Source: Heteronotia binoei
Lineage: Eukaryota
Length of the DNA stretch: 64,000 bases
Direction: 5' to 3'
NCBI RefSeq assembly: GCF_032191835.1
Contig: NC_083237.1
Location: forward strand, 17,918,001-17,982,000
The position numbers were made by a program, and so were the translations under genes. The notes beneath the pieces are model-generated. The model was not told where the DNA came from and did no database searches. It saw only the letters and a list, made by a program, of their open reading frames with translations. The stretch's first letter is position 1. Each line of letters begins with the position of its first letter. Shown piece after piece: positions 59,084 through 64,000 of the stretch.

Positions 59084-60019
59084 TCATTTAAGCCTTATAA
59101 CATTGTACTTGTTTAGCAGTCTCATCACAGCAACTTTGACCTCTTTGTTCCTCAAGGTGTAGATCATGGGATTCATCAAGGGAAAGACCACAGTGTGGAA
59201 GAAACCCACCAACTTGTCAAAGGGGAAGTCCTGGAATGGATGACAGTAAATGTAAATGGCAGGACCTAACATGACGAAGATGATGATGATGTGGGTGATG
59301 CAGGTGGAAGCAGCTTTGCTCTTCCCTTGGCCGGAGACCATCTTCACCTTGATGAGCAGGGCACTGTAGGAGATGAGGAGGAGGATGAAGCACATGGTGG
59401 TGACCAGGCCACTGTTGATAAACATGAGGTACTCCAAGGAGTAGATGTTGGCGCAGGCTAACCTGATGATCTGGGTAACGTCGCAGAAGAAGTTGTCCAC
59501 TTCATTTGGGCCACAGAAAGGGAGCGGGAGGATGACACTCATCTGGATCATAGTGTGTATGAACCCTCCACCCCATGCGCATAATACCATCACCCAGCAA
59601 ACTGCTCTGGTCACCATGGTGGCATAATGTAAAGGGTGGCAAATAGCCACATACCGGTCAACGGCCATGGCTATAATAAGATACACCTCAGCCCCACCCA
59701 GGAAGTGGATGAAAAAAATCTGAGCCATGCAGCCTTGGTAGGAGATGGTCTTCTGACGAGTGAAGAGGTTGGCCATCATCTTTGGAGGAATAACCATGCT
59801 GTAGCAGATGTCCATTAAAGCCAGATTGGCCAAGAAGAAAAACATGGGGGACCCTAGCTGGGGATCACACCGAATTGTTATGATGATAAGGATATTCCCA
59901 GGCAAAATGATGATATAAAAGAGTAGAAGCAGAGCAGAGGTGAACAGCTGCAGCTCCCAGTTCCGTGCCAATCCCTGGAGAATGAACTCTTTTACAACAG
60001 TCTGATTCTCATGTTCCAT
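59084..60019 (-). CDS. Olfactory receptor family 4, OR4N/OR4M-like (C2), 311 aa
   Basis: MEHENQT start, all canonical OR motifs; paralogue of C1. Confidence 0.96.
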   Translation of the reverse strand: MEHENQTVVKEFILQGLARNWELQLFTSALLLLFYIIILPGNILIIITIRCDPQLGSPMFFFLANLALMDICYSMVIPPKMMANLFTRQKTISYQGCMAQIFFIHFLGGAEVYLIIAMAVDRYVAICHPLHYATMVTRAVCWVMVLCAWGGGFIHTMIQMSVILPLPFCGPNEVDNFFCDVTQIIRLACANIYSLEYLMFINSGLVTTMCFILLLISYSALLIKVKMVSGQGKSKAASTCITHIIIIFVMLGPAIYIYCHPFQDFPFDKLVGFFHTVVFPLMNPMIYTLRNKEVKVAVMRLLNKYNVIRLK

Positions 60020-60711
60020 CTCACAAGATGGTCGCTCTGCAAAAATAATACATAGGGCTGTAAAATAGGAAAGGAGCTACAGAATTTCTATATTGATACA
60101 TCTTGATATAAATCCAATGAAAGGATAGCTGGGTCTACTCTGAGCTGGATTGGGACCCCCTGATAAGAGAGTCACCATTATTTGTCAAAATGACAATCAA
60201 AAGAAACTGCTCAAGTGAAGCAGCCGCCTCAAATTTGTCAAAGAACATAAGAGAAGCTATGTTGGATCAGACTAATGTCACACAGTGGCCAAAAAACCAG
60301 GTGCCATCAGGAGTTCATTCAGTGGGACCAGGACACAGTGGCTAAGAGACCCCCAATTTCAATTACATACGGACGTCATAATCACCCATTTGGTTGCCAG
60401 GATGTCTGGAGATTCAACTCACACACAACTGCTATGAGACGTGGGTTTTATATACCAGTTTATAAGAGACTTATGTGAGTACTAACAGCCTCAACATTAC
60501 AACAGCACTCTATATTTCCGGAAGAATGCTAGCCAGAAGTACAGATGGATTTCCAGCTGCTCTGTGCATACACCATCCTGGCCGTTGCAGTGGAAGAAGT
60601 CGTGCCGCCAGGAACTGTCTGGGCAAGCGGTTTTCAGCATCAATCATAAAAGCCATGTTGGTAAGCTAACACCACCAGCAACCATCTTCCTGAAGCACTA
60701 GACTCCATGAC

Positions 60712-61121
60712 AAAAAGTCCAGAAAAGGGCAACTAGAATGATTAAAGGGCTGGAACACTTTCCCTATGAAGAAAGGTTGAAACGCTTGGGACTCTTTAGC
60801 TTGGAGAAACGTCGACTGCGGGGTGACATGATAGAGGTTTACAAGATAATGCATGGGATGGAGAAAGCAGAGAAAGAAGTACTTTTCTCCCTTTCTCACA
60901 ATACAAGAACTCATGGGCATTCGATGAAATTGCTGAGCAGACAGGTTAAAGCGGATAAAAGGAAGTACTTTTTCACCCAAAGGGTGATTAACCTGAGGAA
61001 TTCACTGCCACAGGAGGTGGTGGCAGCCACAAGCATAGCCACCTTCAAGAGGAGTTTAGAGAAAAATATGGAGCAGAGGTCCATCAGTGGCTATTAGCCA
61101 CAGTGTGTGTGTGTGTGTGTA

Positions 61122-61166
<45 letters not shown>

Positions 61167-61245
61167 TTTTTTGGCCACTGTGTAACACAGTGTGTTGGAC
61201 TGGATGGGCCATTGGCCTTATCTAACATGGTTTCTCTTATGTTCT
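60712..61245 (+). mobile_element. CR1 LINE 3' end containing a (GT)n(AT)n microsatellite
   Basis: MIKGLEHFPYEERLKRLGLFSLEKRRLRGDMIEVYKIM; microsatellite at about 61101-61162. Confidence 0.88.
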
Positions 61246-61446
61246 TATGACAGTGAGGCAAGAGGCTCACGTACTCAACGGTTAGTACTTTTGCATAAGG
61301 CAATCAAGTCCATCTTAAGCATAAATCCTGCCAGGCTGCTTGAAGCTTTGATCGACAGAACCCAAGACAATAGATGGCACCAAGATGGAAATAAAGAAGA
61401 GGAAGAACATCTTCACCTAGAGCCAGAGTTCTTTGTATAGAGCGAG

Positions 61447-62122
61447 TGTCACCTTAGGTAACAATTTGCCCCCCCTATTGTTTCCTTTAGATATATGTAG
61501 ATAGCTTGCTAATCACTTCAACCTCAACACCCTCTCCCATTCTGTGCCCTAATGGTCACCCTGGAGCTTCCCCTTTTTGCCCATTGTTACCTGGAAACCC
61601 AATCAGGTAACCAGGGCCAGGCCCACCCATTGGCCAGGTATGGACATCCAATCTGGAACCCCTAATAAACTGGCCACTGGCCACCGCACAAGACCAGCCT
61701 TTATGGTCACTGCGGAGCCTCCCCTTTTTCTGAGGTCATGTACCAGCTGACCACCTGTCACCTGACCCCTGTACCTCCTACCCCCTGAGGGTTCAAGGTA
61801 GTCCTTATAACCTCTGACCCATCTCCCCACATGTGTGCAGCTGACAGTACCCCATACCCCACTGTTAGATACGCCCCCGATTCCGGATCAGTTGAGGGTC
61901 CATCCCTCATCTCCTTTTTGTCGCCATTGGAGCCTTCCTTGAAGACTAATTATTACCCTGTTTGTCAATCCTTTTATGTACCCCTGTCTATTTCTCTTAT
62001 TTTCATTAGGACTGTATGTGTGTTGTGTGATTTTATATCCTTGTATGTTTGCTTTATTCCATAATAAACCTTTTTATATTATATTATATTGTCTTGTTAT
62101 TGGGTAAGTTCCAAAGCAGACA
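61447..62122 (+). mobile_element. Possible solo LTR
   Basis: TG..CA ends, ccaat/tataa-like motifs and aataaa at about 62063; no TSD found. Confidence 0.35.
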
Positions 62123-62214
62123 CCTTCTCTATAAACAAGTTTTTGATCTTGCTAAAAGGCAGATTGCCCTCCACTATAAATTCCCCAAAATCCTATTTTT
62201 AGGGCTATTTGCTT

Positions 62215-62495
62215 AACAACACTAGAAGCCCTCCCACTATTCCTCCCCCACCACACACACACACAAGCACCAAAAATACAGAGCATCACTTGCCCCAGAC
62301 AGTGAGTTCCATCAATATGCTGCGGCTAACAGCCACTGATGGATCTCTGCTCCATAGGTTTATCCAATCCCCTCTTGAAGCTGTCTATGTTTGTAGCTGC
62401 CACCACATCCTGTGGCAGTGAATTCCATTGGTTATTCACCCTTTGGGTGAAGAAGTACCTCCTTTTATCCATTCTAACCGGAGTGCTCAGCAATT
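62215..62495 (-). mobile_element. CR1 LINE 3' end
   Basis: KRRYFFTQRVNNQWNSLPQDVVAATNIDSFKRGLD. Confidence 0.8.
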
Positions 62496-63216
62496 TCATT
62501 GAATTTGATTGTGCTTGCTTCATACTGTTTGCTAGGTCCTCAGTCACTGATTTAACGTTACGAAAGTCAATTCGTGTATTGCAGAACGACTGAGATTCTG
62601 AAAGATTTGAGTCCAGTAACACCCTAGAGAAGAACATGTGTTTCAGCTCAAAGCTCCCTTTGTGAATGGAGATCTCTGAGACTGATTTCACATTATGCTT
62701 GTTCTGGGGTGGAGAGCCCTTTTGCTACCAGGGCTTTGCTCCGTTTTCACACAAGTTGCCCCAGAGGAGCAAGTTGGCACGCCGCTATTCCGCAGCAAGC
62801 GGGATACGCTGACAAGTGGTTTCCACTTGCTGCAGAATAGCGGCATGACAAATCGTAGCTCTGGGGCAGCTTGTGTGAAAATGGAGCGAAGTCCCGGTAG
62901 CAAAAGGGCTCTCCATCCCAGAACAAGCGTAGTGCGAAATCGGTCTGAGTCTTTTTATCTCAGTCAAAGGGGAGCTGCAAAGAATGCCGTTTAACAGATC
63001 CTATGGGATAATGCATACTGTAGTCAGCCTGATTAGAGCAGAGAGAAAATGCTCAGGGGCAGAAAAAGAGGAAACACAACAAGATAAGAATCCTCTGCAA
63101 GATAAGGACCCTCTGTCCCTCTTTGGCCTGGTGGGTCCCTTGTTCAGAACTTGTGAATGAACTCAGGTTCTCTTCTGCAAGTTTGCTTCCATTACTCGAT
63201 ACCGGAATGCTGCAAA

Positions 63217-63410
63217 CAGTGTTCCCTCTCCGCTGAGTTAGTGTGAGCCAGCTCACGGTTTTTTAGCCTGTGGCTCACACATTTTTGTCGTAGCTCAGGA
63301 AAAATGCCCCCAAAGCAAACTCATTGACGCAGCAGCTCACAATTTTAACGACAGGAGCTCACAAATTAGAATTTTTGCTCACAAGACTCCACAGCTTAGA
63401 GGGAGTGTTG
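63217..63410. mobile_element. hAT MITE (CAGTGTTCCCTCT TIR)
   Basis: Imperfect TSD g(c/t)tgcaa(a/g). Confidence 0.75.
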
Positions 63411-63509
63411 GTTGCAAGCTGCCATTGTTCGTGGCTTTTTTTTTTTCTGGTCTTGCCTATATGTATTATTTTTTTGGTTGGCATTTATCATAACAGGTGC
63501 ATGAGACGC

Positions 63510-63940
63510 CGCCTCGGTATTGATGGACATCTCTCTCTTTTTGCCATCAAGTCACAGCTGACTTACATGGACCCCCATAAGGTTTTCAAGGCAAAAGACC
63601 TCCAAAGGCTGCTTCCTATTGCCTTCCTCTGCATCGCAATCTTGGACTCTTTGGAAGGTCTCCCATCTAAGCACTAAGTAGGGCTGACCCCATGTAGCCC
63701 CTGAAATCTGACAAGGTCAAGCTAGCCTGGGCCACCCAGGCCAAGGCACACATGCCTGTGGTGGTGAAAATTGCCCACAAGTCACAGCCAATTGGGGGTT
63801 TTCAAGGCAGGTGACCTTCAGAGGTGGCTTACCGTTGCCTGCCTCTGTGCAGTGACCCTGAACTTCCTTGGCAGCCTCCCACCCCAATTTCCATCAGGGC
63901 TGATCCTGTTTAACTTCTGAGATCTGATGAGGCTCATCTG
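63510..63940 (-). mobile_element. Two degenerate 5S-derived SINE copies
   Basis: Reverse of the 5S-like head plus ccttgaaaacccc..caccataagt tail; similar remnants at about 29050-29165, 37925-38075 and 38640-38815. Confidence 0.5.
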
Positions 63941-64000
63941 GACATCTAAACTCTTTAAAACGTGGATGTGACTGAAAAGTAAGCTTATGCCAAGGATTTT

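Noticed and set aside
62326-62691. 121-aa minus-strand ORF with a protein-like N-terminus
   Set aside because: Its C-terminal half is CR1 ORF2 and its start lies in a MITE; the middle has no recognisable motif.

Overview
Vertebrate genomic DNA, most likely a squamate and probably a gecko (inferred from Sauria, Squam3-like and 5S-derived SINEs, CR1, L2, RTE and L1 content). The window is a class II olfactory receptor family-4 cluster. It holds seven full-length, single-coding-exon OR ORFs, all on the minus strand, with start codons 7.6-11.9 kb apart. Three are close OR4N/4M-like paralogues (A1 660-1589, A2 10029-10958, A3 20073-21002), two are OR4K-like with unusually long C-terminal tails (B1 31897-32943, B2 39514-40560), and two more are OR4N/4M-like (C1 50498-51433, C2 59084-60019). 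A 229-bp fragment duplicates the C1 3' end. Intergenic DNA is mostly SINEs, LINE fragments and MITEs with intact target-site duplications (TSDs). The most notable signal is a homologous promoter module 3-7 kb upstream of six genes: an O/E(Ebf)-like site 2 nt from a homeodomain site. Upstream of B1 it contains the exact 13-mer AACTTTTTAATGA known from mouse OR gene-choice elements. It is near-intact for B2 and C1, and has lost its TAAT core in A1-A3. Other findings: gene-conversion tracts, a two-segment templated insertion behind the B2 stop, several near-perfect hairpins, and degenerate Penelope-type hammerhead ribozyme motifs. No true rRNA or tRNA genes and no CRISPR array were found. Subfamily and repeat-family names come from recognition by eye, not database searches, and many repeat boundaries are approximate.
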